A stretch of DNA of 64,000 nucleotides, from assembly GCA_973895155.1 (NCBI GenBank), contig OZ316895.1:3831659-3895658 (forward strand). Reading direction: 5' to 3'. A program made the translations under genes and the position numbers. The notes beneath the pieces are model-generated. The model did no database searches. It was not told the DNA's origin and saw only the letters and a list, made by a program, of their open reading frames with translations. The DNA is from Marsupella aquatica (Eukaryota > Plantae > Marchantiophyta). Below are positions 33,329-46,219 of this stretch, one piece after another (position 1 is the stretch's first letter; each line of letters starts with the position of its first letter).

Positions 33329-36300
33329 ATGGTGACATCGACAGTCTGGATCAGGGAAGGCGGACAAGTTATTATAGGCATACGTGAGAAATAGGTTGGA
33401 AAAGGTCGCGTGATAAGTCTTGATCCTTCCAGGGTTTGTCACAATGTTCCTCTTGGGGCGGACAGAGTTCTTCTTCTATTGGAGGAAGTTTTTGACGAGA
33501 CCATTCTATGCGAAGATGGCAAACTTTTGAAGGACATGATTGGGGGTTACCTTGTATGGGAAAGGAATCAGCTTTTTCGAGCTCCCATGGAATCGGAGGA
33601 TGTGTTTGGCACTGTTGGTGATGATCAAGATCCAGTCAATCAAAATTCTGATGGGAACAACCATAATGAGAGTCGGTCTGGTGTGGAAGTAGTTTTACCA
33701 AAGGCCTTGTGGATGGGCATGCCTGTAAAGGTGGTGGATGAGAACAAGTTGATTTTTGCAGTGGCAACTATACATGTTCTAGATCCTATAGTGAAGCTTG
33801 GGGATGTCACCCTTGGGAATACACATGTGGGAATTCTGATCAACGATTTTGTCGAGGGAGCTACCATAGATCATCTGAAGCATAGAGATTGCTTAAAAGC
33901 TTGGTCAATGGACCAACTCATTGCCAAGGATGGCAACTTGTTGTCTTTCCACAACATCAGGCAAGCTGTGGGAGGGAACACATCTCCAACAAGTGGCAAG
34001 CGGTCCTACGTCCATAAAAGTAGGAAAAGAAAGAGTCCATCTTCCCAGACATCTAGAAGAGACACATCTTTGGCACGTCAAGATGTGTTGTTGATAAACA
34101 CTAAGGACTGTTGTAGTGAACATTGTTGCCAATATTTGGACCGCAACTTGGCTGTGGCAATTAGGCAAAAGTGGTGGTCAAAATCTTTTGCGGAGCGCAA
34201 GGAGGAGGAAATCAAAGCTATTAAAAATACAATACACTTGGGTACTGGAGGAAGGATTCTAGCAGTGGAGGGCAAAGTATTGTGCTTGGAGGCATGGAGA
34301 ATCATTCATTCAAGAGGAAAGACTCAATTTTATGCCTTGAAGAAGACTGTGATGGCTGGAATGAACATAGGTACCCATGGTAATGCTGGAAAAAGGCGTA
34401 TGTCCGAGAAAGTATCTCAAGCGTTCATGTCAATGAAAGAGATTATTGAGGAGGCAGCTGATCATCATCCAGCCAAGTTGAGAACCATGGCAGATAATAC
34501 AAGGATGGTTTTGAGGGAATTGCCAACAAATCTTACTTGGGAGAATATTAGAAATAGGGTTAATGTTGTCAACCAGGAGGCTGGTCTTCCTTCAATTTCC
34601 CAACCCACCTTGAGTCATCTACATCAGATGTATTTCAAGGAGTTCTCACGTCACAAAAAGGGCAACAACTTTTCAAAGTGTACAACTTGTAGTGAGTTGC
34701 TTCAACGGAAAGCAAACCTTACAAGAGCTAAGGAAGAGTTAGAGGGCCTAAGGCGTGACGAGGAGGAACATCACCAAGACCACACACAGCAAAGAATGTG
34801 CTATCATACTTGGAGATATGAGTCCATCCATCGTCCAAAGGAAGTGTTATGCCTTATTCATGATAAGATGGATCATTCAAAGACAGCTCTCCCAAGAATG
34901 CCCTTCAATCCTAAGCATGTGGATGGTGCCCAAAAGTTCCCAATTACTGTCATTGGTATCCTTACTCATGGTCATGGTCCCAAGGCCATAGCCCAATATC
35001 ATGTTGGAGTGTGGCCAGGTGATGTCAACATCACTATTGGGTCAATTGAGTCAATACTAAGGATGTTGGAAAACCCAAATCCAATGATCAAATCACTTGT
35101 GGAGGGGCCAGACTCGACAAGTCTTTTTAAAGACCTCCTTTTTGGGAGAGCAGATATCTTGGAGGCAAGTGTCCTTAGAGCATTTGAGGATGACATTGCC
35201 TACATCTCAAGCCTAGGTACTTTACTCACAATCCTTTAATTTATGATTATTTAATAATATAAGCTCACACACACTGACACTTTACTTTGTGTAGTTGTTG
35301 CTCCTCCTAGCCAAGGTTTCATTAATAGGGTTTAAACCCTAAACCCTAAATTGGGGTTTAGGGTCTGACAAGGGTTTTATTTAAAAGCATTCTGAGATTG
35401 TTACATTGTGATGCAGCACTTGAGGCACCAAAGTTCAGGCCCCTTCCACGAGTATTGATGCTACAACTGGATAATTGTGCCTCAGACAACAAGAACAGAT
35501 ATATGATGGCTTATTTGTCATTGTTGACGGCAAGGGAGGTGTTTGAAGAGGTTCATCTTGGTTTTATGGTGGTTGGGCATACTCATGAGGATGTCGACGG
35601 TATGTTCGGGCATTTTTCAGAGTCTATGATGCATAACCCCACATACTCATTGCCTGAGTTAATGTCCTTGTTCATGAGAGCAAGGACACCCAATGCAGTC
35701 CCACATTTTCTACAGGAGGTCCCAGATTTCAAAAACTACTTAGCTCCATTCATGTTGAAGGGCCCTGAGGCATTGGTGGGGCATTTAAAACCCAGGCTGT
35801 TTAGGTTCTATGTTCGTCATGATAGTATGCCATGCTTCCAATACAAAATGAAGTCAACTGATCAGAGATGGTTACCCAAGGAAGGTATTGAAATGTGGTC
35901 ATGGAAAGATGACAAAAGTCCTCACATCCCAATTGGGGTGCCCAAACGGCTACCAATGATGGAGTTGAAAATGCTTCCTGAAGTGCTGACAGGGTTGAAG
36001 AAGCATGTGTCATTCTTTGAGTTTATTCTAAAGCGAACAAAAGAGGAAGAACCAAAGCGACGTTGGACAACTCTCATCAATTATTGGAATGACATTGTAG
36101 ATACTCTACAGGGTGAGCAGGTGCAATATGAACCTGAAGGTGCACACAACTTGGAATACGGGTTTTGGCCTTTATCAATATGGAGAGAGCACGTTCCACC
36201 AGAATATCGAAATGTGGCATGTGAGTTGGAGGCAACAGTGGATTATGTGGGACCAGCAAAAGATAAACCTCCTGAGAGTTTTAACCCTAGGGTTGATGTT

Positions 36301-36705
36301 GTGAAGGGCTGTTATGTGTTGGTACGGCCGGACGACTCAGACCTGGATGTTTATCCCGTCCATATGGGGTTAGTTGTTACAGATGTGGTAGAAGGACCAG
36401 TGAATGAACAAAACCTTCTTACTCATGTATGTGGCGTTGAGTGGTTTAGACAATTTATGGCAAAGAAGCAACGTGGTCAATCAGACTGGCAGCCAAGAGA
36501 GCGGTGGGCAGATTCTTGGGATAAGAAATGGGAACGTGATCCAACTCCAATATACAAGGAAGCTGAGACAATAGATGTTTCCTCTGCCTTGTGGTGTTTC
36601 AAAGCACGCAAAAGACCAGTGACAGGGCTGGTAGGAATTCCAAAGAATGTTGTTGTCAAGGCAAGAGACTATCTCTTGACATGCATAGCAAGTGACAAAT
36701 CCTAG
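33329..36705 (+). pseudogene. DUF7869 / Sola-like DDD-type transposase with N-terminal Tnp1/En/Spm-like domains; early premature stop
   Basis: ATG 33329 is followed by TAG at 33392. CCSEHC, FSKCTTC, LCLIHDKMD; intron 35217-35416 (possible 21-nt micro-exon 35295-35315); LQLDNCASDNKNRY and GFMVVGHTHEDVDGMFG; C-terminal GCYVLVRP..YPVHMGLV..VEWF. Termini not identified. Confidence 0.75.
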
Positions 36706-37296
36706 ACAGTAATGAAGCATGTAGTTTAGCATACAGTTTAAAAGGCAACTCAGAATAGTAGTAGCCAGAGAACTCAAGTTTAGACAAGTCTTATCGTCTA
36801 AGTTAGTTAGTTGGTTAGTTTATTTAAGATATAATATTAGTTAGTGGGGCCTTAGTTTGGTGATATTAAGGCATGATATTATTGACATTCAAATGAATGT
36901 CCAGTAGACATTGTAATATACAACAATCCTATTAATTGTTGTAAAGAAACTAATTAATTAAAGGGTGGTACTTACTATGATTGTAGGTCACGCACCCTGG
37001 TGCATGTCAATCTTTTTTGTATTCAACCCTATAATAATTAAATAGACAATTGAAACAATGAATGATAGTTTAATTAAGGATTTGTGCATGGATCAAGAGG
37101 TACTTGATGTCATTTAGTGATGCATTGTTATAAAGATCTTGCAACAAAACATTTGAAGTTTTTGACTATCCCATCAAATGTTAAAGAGGTTGATCATTCA
37201 TTAACTAATAATATTTAGATAAAATTGGAATTAATCTAATACTTCAGTATTCCTTAAATTGGGGTTATAACGTTGATATATAAACGAATGGGGGTT

Positions 37297-39438
37297 TTAA
37301 ACTTTTGTAAGCCCTTTTTCCACTCTCATGTTTGTGAATACAAACACTAAATCCTTTGCACGATCATTTGTCAACCTATTGCGACTTGCAGAATGTATAA
37401 ATCCATATGAACTCCAATTTTGTTCACACGTTGTGGCACACATCTTTTGGTGATAGATTTTTCGAGCCATAATTCTTAAATCTGGATAATCAACACCGTA
37501 TGAATGTCACCACTCTCCTGGGCTAACATCACCTATACTTGATTGGGCTCCTCTCATGGTTATCGTTGTGTTTGGCAGCTTCTTTTGCGCCTCAATTGCT
37601 TGCATTTGGATGGCATTAATGAGTGCATTCACCTCACGATCATGGTTGATCCCTTCCTTCACATTGTGTTCAGCATATCTGGCAATGTATTGATTGAACC
37701 CTCTACACAATTCTCCATCTCCTGCAACATCTAGTTCCTCATCAAAAAACATCCTCGGATTTATATATGCCGCAGCTAGCATAAAATCAGTAGTAAGAGA
37801 TATTCTTCGATCCATGTAAACTTTTAGTATCCTTGGCTTCAAGTACTCAGATACCAATGAACATTCCTCCATGCTTGTCTTCAGATCAGTAATCCCCCTT
37901 TTCAGACTCCAATACAACCACGCTGACTGGGGTGAATCACCATCAAATTCACGTAGCATTTTCACCAACGGGAGAAAGAAGTTCACTATGGCTTTCACTT
38001 GAGTCCAAAATGCATCTTGTTGGATCCATGCTTTAAGTTCATCTGCCTTTCCCCTAGTCATATGCCCAGCTGACTTTGGTCGAATTGAAAGTCTATCACG
38101 ATAAGACTCTCATTTATCATCAATGACCATTTGTTGCAAAGCTCCTCTTAGCTCCAAAGCTCTTTGCGCCATCAAAAAATTGGTCGCAAATCTTGTTGCA
38201 TTTGGATTCAATAGTTTTTTGTAAGTTGATTTCCTCACAAATATTGCTGAAAGCTTTTGTGACGATGACACTGCTTTTCCTATCCATCTCAAGCGTTTAA
38301 AAATGAGTTTGAATGGATTCCGTCCACTCTCATCTACCACAATCTTCTTGTGACCACACATGTCTTCTAGCAACAAGTTAAACACATGGGCAACACACCA
38401 ACTCCATGTGACATGTGGATATTTCTTCATAACTATGTCATAACCTGCTACGCGATTTGCAAGCGCATCATCGGTTACAGATTGAACTATGTGATCCGGA
38501 CCAATGTCATCAATATATTTCAGCCACATCTCTCCAAGATATTTTTCATCTTTCCTATCAGCTTGTGCCGCATTCCAACTATCCAAGAAAAAATCACCTT
38601 TAGAAGTCAACAACATGACGTTCATCAATGGCTCCCTACGGATGTTTTCCCATCCATCGGATGAAAGAGAATATCCAAAAGGTTTTGCTTGCTTCATTGT
38701 TTTGGTCATATCTTTTGTGAGATCTTCCTTAGCCTCCTCCAACAACTTCATTCGCAAATTTCGCATAATGGGAAGAGAATACCCATTTACAATTCCTTTT
38801 GAAGTCTCACGTACCGCTTCTCGAAAATAAGAATTATGTGAAACATTGAACGTAATACCACTTGTGTAGAACGCTTTTGCCCAAAGCTTGTCCAAATATG
38901 TTCTATTTGGAATTTGAAAAGCATCCATTATTGGGTTGGAAAGACTTCTTGCCCTACCCCTAGCAGTCAAATTTGACTCCTCGTCCGTTTGAAGATGGTT
39001 AGACGCTCGTGTGGATGCTTGTGAATTTGAAGTTCCAATATCTGGCCTACGACCTCTTGCATCTCGCAAAATGTGGGTTCCATCCCTTTGTTTGTATTTC
39101 ACAGCTGATGTAATTTTGATGACATTGTACATTCTGTTGATTTCATCCAAGTCGACATGACCATATAGTCCTAGGCATGGTGGCGCATCCCCTTTCACGA
39201 TGTTTCCCATCAAATGTGCCTTTGCTCGTGTTGCATGAAAAATATTATATGTTTTGCAAAACTTGCATCTCCGATACATTCGGTTCACATCATTACATCT
39301 TGGCGGCGCTTCACATTGCTCGAAGTATTTCCACACCGCAGAAAATTTTGCATTCCGCTCCCGAGATTGGTTTGGACCATGCCTAGGAATAGTGGATTGA
39401 TGTCCAGATTCACCAGACTCTTCCTCATCGGAAGACAT
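37297..39438 (-). pseudogene. hAT transposase (BED finger, DUF659, hAT dimerisation domain) with two nonsense codons
   Basis: VWKYF..CKFC..HATRAKAHL; SLSSDGWENIRREPLMN; VQSVTDDA; CVAHVFNLLLED; ATRFATNF. Stops at 38110 and 37507 (W to stop). Read-through gives CEQNWSSYGFIHSASRNRL..DLVFVFTNMR. One frame of 714 codons. Confidence 0.92.
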
Positions 39439-40284
39439 TGTTGACAGAAAGAGGACTCTATACTCTCAAGAATGAGACCGTCACCTCCAACACACCCTGA
39501 ATTTAAAGAATTTAACATCACAAAATAAATATTTATTCCATGTGTAAATATTTCATCTATGTCAAAGCAACATATAACTCATATAACAAACAACTTAAAA
39601 AACCACATTTCCCAAGATATATATGATTCTTATTTTTTTTTAATTTCTTGGTTGTGACGAATATAAAAGACTAGGACACTCTGTTGAATTATCCCAACCT
39701 GAGTCGAAACTCAAAGATTGGGCAACAAAGTTTTCCCCATCTCTCATACTCGCCTACATCCCTACTTCAGCCTAAGTTTTTGAATATATATAACCTAACA
39801 ACCATTTATCTATGAAGTGAAAATATTTTTAAGGAATCGTGACACACATGTGAAATATCACATACCGAGCCAAGGCTCCAGGTACACGCACATGAGTTTC
39901 TCTATCCTCAAAAATATTTTGCTTCATCAAAAAATGATGTCACGTTGTTAAGGAAATATGGAAAACTCTTGCACGAAATATCCCAGGCTGAGCCGAGGCT
40001 CCAAGCCTACACGTACAAGAATTTATACATATCCCTCCATTTAAATTAAACATAATGAGAATTATAAAACAATCACATAGAAGGAAGCAAAAACAACACT
40101 ACAACCAATCAAAACTTTAATTTTAAACAAGGCATACCTTTCTACTTGTTTTCTTCATTAGCCAAAGGGCATGAAAATTGTAGTAGCAAAGTTGGAGAAT
40201 GAAAGAAAAAACGAGGAGTGCCACCTTTTATCCCCTTGCCAAAGCTCCTCGGACCCTAAAAATTGTCTAATTTAGGGTAATTAG

Positions 40285-40715
40285 CCGCCCTCTAACCCTA
40301 ATCCGGCCGCCCCTAACCCTAATCCGCCTATCCCGACCAAGATGGCCCGACCCTCCACCCGGCCCCGACCCTCCACCCGGCCCCGACCCTTTCGCCCGAC
40401 CAACCCTCCCCGCCTTTTCGCCCGACCTTCCATCCCCGACCCTTCACCCCCGACCAACCCTCCCCGCCTTTTCGCCCGACCTTCCATCCCCGACCCTTCA
40501 CCCCCGACCCTTTCACCCGACCGACCCCCCCGACCCGACCCACCCACCCGGCCCGACCATTTCGCTCGACCTCCCTTCACCGACCCTCCCCGACCCACCC
40601 ACCCGGCCCGACCCTTTCACCCGACCTCCCCTCCCCAACCGACCCTTCTCCCCCCCGACGTTTTCGCCCGACCTCCCGTCCCCGACCCGACCTTCACCCG
40701 GCCCGAGTCTTTTTC
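40285..40715. repeat. CCCGAC(C) subterminal repeat array of the hAT element
   Basis: More than 20 copies of cccgacc with short variable spacers, including a duplicated ~54-bp block. Confidence 0.85.
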
Positions 40716-41678
40716 CCCGGCTGGGAGGGTTCGGGAGAATTCGGGAGTGTTCGGGAAAGGTCGGGACCCGGCCAAGGAATATTTGAGAATATCCGACAAA
40801 TTACTCATTTTTGGTCTGACAAATGACAACTTGTCGTGTCCGACAACACAACAAGGTGTCCGGCAGCTCAAACCGGGCCCCACCCAGACCTGGGTACTCC
40901 TAAATGTCCAGGAGAAATTCATTCTTGGTTTCTTTTGGGACAAATGTACAAATGGTATGAAAGATTCTAATGTGATCCAGTGGAATCACATGAAAGATGA
41001 GAGTGGGAGCTCAAAATCTTTAAGGACACATGAATTGGATGTTGGGTAGCTGTCCTCCCCAGATTCGGAAGGCCACACAACAGAAGGGAGAACAGAGACC
41101 CAATATTGTCCAAGTGGTTATCTGCTTCTGCTGCTATCCGTAATTTCTCCACTTTGTTTTCCCCCCTCTCAAAGTGGTATTGGTAACAGGGCCATTCATC
41201 ACACAGGTCAAATTGGAGTTTTTCTTGCGCTCCTGTTGAGCATGTCTCCTTCTGCTGCGTGTTCTTGATCCCTGCGTGTGTGCAATTGACGTGTTACTCT
41301 GCTCCTCTCCTAACCATGCCAAAACAAACACTCCATAAGACACGAATTTGGAGCCAATTTGATGAGAATGTCCTGTGATCCACTAAATCCATACTCTTGG
41401 CTTGTTTCATCTGGGACCATTGACCGCAACCCTCGTATGCAGAGATTTATCCGAACCACCACTATTTGAGAATTCCTTTCAGAGAAATGTGCATTTGACC
41501 GCAAAAACTGCAGGTAACCTGACTTTATTGATTTTGTACAATTTCAAACTCAGAACTCTTCTTTGAGATACTGGTTGACAGACCGTTTCGCATGCGTAAA
41601 TCAAAATATACTCGGAAAACTCGATCATTTTGATATTTTACACACATTTGTCTCACTCAAATTTTCCTGTGCAGTACT

Positions 41679-43601
41679 TCACAACTTGGCTACTGCATCC
41701 TTGTCTGTGAACCAGACAAGCTTTCCTTTGTAGGGCTTAACAAGTTGTGCAGGAAGCTCTCCAAAAGGCAAATCTGGACCAAAGATCAGTTTCATCTTAT
41801 CAGCCTTCCCGGACCCTGTGGCCACAAATGCGACATTCGCAGCTGAGTTGATCACTGGTAGAGTGAATGTAATTCTTTCTGGAGGGGGTTTGGGTGAATC
41901 TTCGATGGAGGCAATCCAAACCTGTGTCTTGTGGACTAATGGATGATGTGGAAACAGAGAGGCAATATGTCCATCTGGTCCCATTCCAAGGAGTATGAGA
42001 TCAAAGCGAGGAAGGTCCCCAGAGTCGGCTAACGACAGCACTTGTGTCTTCACCAGCTGTCTTAAAATAAATTCATAGTCCACTGCTGCAGCTTGTGGTG
42101 ACAGCTTCTCCTTGATAGCGTACACTTGGTTCGAAGGGATGGACACCTGTAGAGACAGGTAGGAAGATCAGCACCTTTGCACATATAAATGCGGAAAACA
42201 TTCCTGAATCGACTGTTTCAGCAGAAATGAATGCTCGGAAAGAAACTCTTTGTTTTGTAATTACGCTAGTTGAGAGGCTTAACCGCTTTTTTCCGAAAAT
42301 CCAATGGATGTCAGAGACGCTAGACCGATCTCTACTCCTCAAGTGAAGAGAATACAAGCGAAGAGACAGCGGTGGAAGTAACGTAACGGAAACACTCGAA
42401 ATAAACAAAGCAGAACCTACTTTCGAAAGTAACCCGTCATAGGCAAGCTTGTAGTTGCTATCAGGGTGATCCAGCGGAACAACACGTTCATCTGCCCAGA
42501 ACACATGCCACTTTGACCAGTCTATCTTTCCGATGTAAGGCTCCTCAATTAGTTTTCTGTCACCAAAGGTAGCAAACCAACAATTCAGTGAACGGGTCAT
42601 TTGTTTTTGAGAAACAACACCAACATGTCCACAAACTAATAGTCATCAATCACACCCACTCGCTCACATCCAAAAGGACTTCTAACAGGAAAGGCACTCC
42701 CTTCCGCAAATGTACTGAGATATAATGGGTTCGAGAGGTCTGTGACCGTTGAAATATCATTAAAAGGGTATCTGCAGCTTGGCATACTGTACATTCTTTG
42801 ATTGCCATTTTGGGGACGAAGGAACACTATCTACATCATGGTTTGCAAAGATTCCATATGAGTTGCACTAGAATCATGTAGATCTTTTAAGGAATTCAAG
42901 TGCATAAAAAGAATCTCCGTAATTGATTTATTTCCAAATCTCGACCAGTAGCATCAAACTCTCAAAATCATGTTCAAGACAGTCACACACATAATCTAAA
43001 TATTCAACAGCATCATTGCTCTAGAAATATAGAATATCTATGAGAGAAACAGACATGTTGCTGCTGTGATAGTCCTCAGGATTTGGAGACCTCTGGACAG
43101 GATTGAGGAGAGAAACAAGAAAGTCTGTTGCCCTCGTACAACCTTTAATGGTCTTAAAGCGCCAGGATGAGAACAAACGAAGGGAGAAACTTACCCCATG
43201 CTGCTGATGAGAGAGCCTCCCGACAAGACTACGCTGAAGGCACCCTTCTCGCTGATTGCCGCCGCAGACAAGTCGGCAACATAAGCAGCCAAGTCCTGCC
43301 CCAACTCACTGGACTTCTCATACACCTTCAGCACCACACCTTTCTTGAGGTCCACCTTCGCCGCCATCGCGGTCACTGCTGGTCCGTAACACCTCAGGAA
43401 GCTAGAGCTGGGCCTCGTCACCGCTTTCTGTACTCTCCGGAATCTCTGTACGCCCCTGTTTCTGCTAAACCTCCCGCTGACTGTATTGAGAGCAAAGGAG
43501 GAGATCGGATGGGATGTCGCACGGGCTGTGGGCGAAAGAGCCTGCAAATTCGCCGGGATGATGGGTCGAGACAGAGTCTTGAGAGGCGAAAACTCCATCA
43601 A
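41679..43601 (-). CDS. PGL3: 6-phosphogluconolactonase, PGL3-like (plastid transit peptide plus C-terminal PTS1 -AKL), 3 exons
   Basis: Exons 43601-43195, 42556-42421 and 42146-41679 splice in frame. Motifs FSVVLSGGSLI, WSKWHVFWADERVVPLDHPDSNYKLA, FDLILLGMGPDGHIASLFP, DSPKPPPERITFT. Ser/Arg-rich N-terminus; ends in AKL. Confidence 0.93.
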
Positions 43602-45771
43602 AATCCTTCCCTTCTCTCCCGAAGGAACCCGCCTTGGGAAAAGGATTTCAAGACCCAGCAGGCACCAGGCGCAGTAACGGGACGAACGAAGGACGGAAGG
43701 AAAGAAAGAAAATTAATGTCGAAGAAAGACTGCTAGGTCGGAAATTCGGAAGAAGAGGAGGATAACGGAATGGGGAACGATCTATCGAATAACGACGTTA
43801 TTGAATTAGCTTCAGTACCTCAGCTGGATGTCATCTATCACTCACTGATTCCAATTCATGCTGATTACAACAGAGGATTGATTCACTTCATCCTTGTCAC
43901 TCACTGCCTCACTCCATTCCTGCCTCTCTTCCCAAAGTGTAAAGCTATCCAGACGTGGGGAGAAAGACGTCCGGGCTCTGTGGTGTGCAATTTGTTGGGA
44001 CGAATTGCTTCGCAGAGCTACTGTCGTGGCGTTATGTGTGTAGGTCTGCGCTTACTTTTCTATTCCAATCCTCGAATCCTGCTCGAGGTTGGTTGGTTCA
44101 ATCGAGGGAGAAGATGCCATGTGCCACACCATGCACTTGTTCCTACTCTTTACCACTTGTGCTTACTTTGAGAGTCAAACCCCTGCAAGTCATTTATATT
44201 GTACTGAATTCAAATTGAGAGCCCCCAGTACTAGTGAAACCTCAAAGCCTCATAGTTTGTCATGATGTACTAAGACCGTAAACAAACGACCATTGGTTTT
44301 CCTCAGGTTTACATAAAAAACTTTTTTTTCACTAGCCTCTGGCTTGTGCTCAGAAACAAAGGACTACAGCTTTTTCACACAGTTATGTAAAACTTGTTTT
44401 TTTCACTAGCCTCTATAGTGAGTTATGGTCATGGCATAGGACCAATTTTTATGGCAGAAATTTATGGATAATGAATACGGAAGTTCATAACTTTTTTGTC
44501 AGTAACTTTAACTACTAAGTTAAGGTCCGTCAAATTTTGAGGTTTGAGAACCCCTCATGGCTTGGACATTCATTATTCTTCACAGGGTCAAGGCTTCTGG
44601 TTGTAGGGCTTTAGACACTTTTGTTTCAGGACCCTCTTGGGTGGTGGCCGAGGCTGCTGGGTCTAGGCTTTCTAGACAAATTTCTTTGGGGACCCTTCTG
44701 TGCAGTGTACAGCTTACCAAGCTTTTCATTGTTGCTCAGGAGGGCTTTAGTTCTTTTGCCGCTGGTGGGGACTCTCAGACTTTGTGGCTCTTTGGTTGTC
44801 CAGTGTTTTTCCCCTTTTATTGGGTCTCTTGCAGTTGGGATTCTCTGGTTGGGTATTTTTTGCTCATTGGCAGTGTGATGTATATAAGTGGGAGCCCTTA
44901 AGGGTTCTTGGTTGTGCTGGGGTTTAAACCAGTGGCAAAGAAAGGGTTGTATCATGGCACTTATATTTATTTTTATATTTTATTGTTTTGTCTTTCGTGG
45001 TTGTTGGAGAAATAGAGAAAAAACTCAGAACCTTTGGATTGAAATTCATAACTATATTGATGGAAGGGAAAATATGTCCTCAGGACCAAAGGTGAACCAT
45101 TATGTAAACAAAAAGTGCCGTCTGAATAGCAAGTGATGTTTCAAACCTTTCAAAGCGAGAATAGACCATCCATCTGAGCACCTTGTAAAATGTTACAGTC
45201 TATGGTACCTTTGATTTTCATGGATTTATTAATTTCAAGCCAAATCAGATGAATTTAAACCACACAGGAAGGAAACATGTGTACAAGGACCCTAACCAGC
45301 CTCATGGTGGCAAGGGGTCGCTTCCATGGGCACCCCAGCCACCCCTGGAAGTGTCCTTACAAAAATGAGGGGTTTCCATGGCAATGCAGGCCTTGTCCGC
45401 CTACCCGTGCCAACATTTTGGTAAAATGAGATATGTGTGTGAACAGGTTTGCACATTGCTGCACTTGGGCTCTAAGCTACTTAAGGATGATTCTTTTGAG
45501 AAGGGGCATGGCCAACGTCCAAAACTATGTACTGCAGTTTCTACTAATAAAAGAATGGTTTTAGAGGATAAAGGTTGAATTTGGTACTTAAAGTGCGAAG
45601 GGCTCACATTCATGCTTGTCGAAGAATATCACTCCCGTATGCATACAATTATTTATGGACAGGTACTCTCAGTAGATGCAGAAATTATTCAGAACGTCAT
45701 AATCGATGAGTATATTTCCAAGAGTTTTGAAATGAAAATTTGAAAGAAAAAAGGCACCGTTAAATATTCAT

Positions 45772-46219
45772 TTTCATCTCGAATGTTTTGTTGAAGCTGT
45801 CGCAGGTAAGATAATTTGATGCAAGAAATTGCAACTCCCATATTTCTGTACGCACAAAAAATGAAAATTATTTCCTTGGTTGCTGTCAGATACTAAAACG
45901 CCCAGAAAACCCATCAAGCTAATTTCATCTCGAATGTTTTGTTGAAGCTGTCGCAGGTAAGATAATTTGATGCAAGAAATTGCAACTCATGTTTCTGTAC
46001 GCACAGAAAATGAATTATTTCCTTGGTTGCTGTCAGATACTAAAACGCCCAGAAAACCCATCAAGCTAATTTCATCTCGAATGTTTTGTTGAAGCTGTCG
46101 CAGGTAAGATAATTTGATGCAAGAAATTGCAACTCCCATATTTCTGTACGCACAGAAAATGAATATTATTTCCTTGGTTGCTGTCAGATGCTAAAACGCC
46201 CAGAAAACCCATCAAGCTA
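45772..46219. repeat. ~150-bp tandem repeat x3, intergenic
   Basis: ttcatctcgaatgttttgttgaagctgtcgcaggtaag...aaaacccatcaagcta starts at ~45772, 45923 and 46071; the copies are nearly identical. Confidence 0.92.

Larger units (their letters stand above)
37297..40892 (-). mobile_element. hAT element, only the 5' terminus recognised
   Basis: A minus-strand start CAGGTCTGGGTGGGGCCCGG at 40892 is followed by a dense subterminal repeat array and the hAT transposase. No matching TIR or 8-bp TSD (candidate GGTACTCC) was found downstream. Confidence 0.6.

Noticed and set aside
40281-41049. Pro/Arg-rich 235-aa ORF and Gly-rich antisense ORFs
   Set aside because: They derive from the CCCGAC subterminal repeats.
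44539-44556. gaggtttgagaacccct as partner TIR of 51034-51050 (would enclose ThrRS)
   Set aside because: The two motifs face away from each other, so they cannot bound a single element; probably an independent MITE end.
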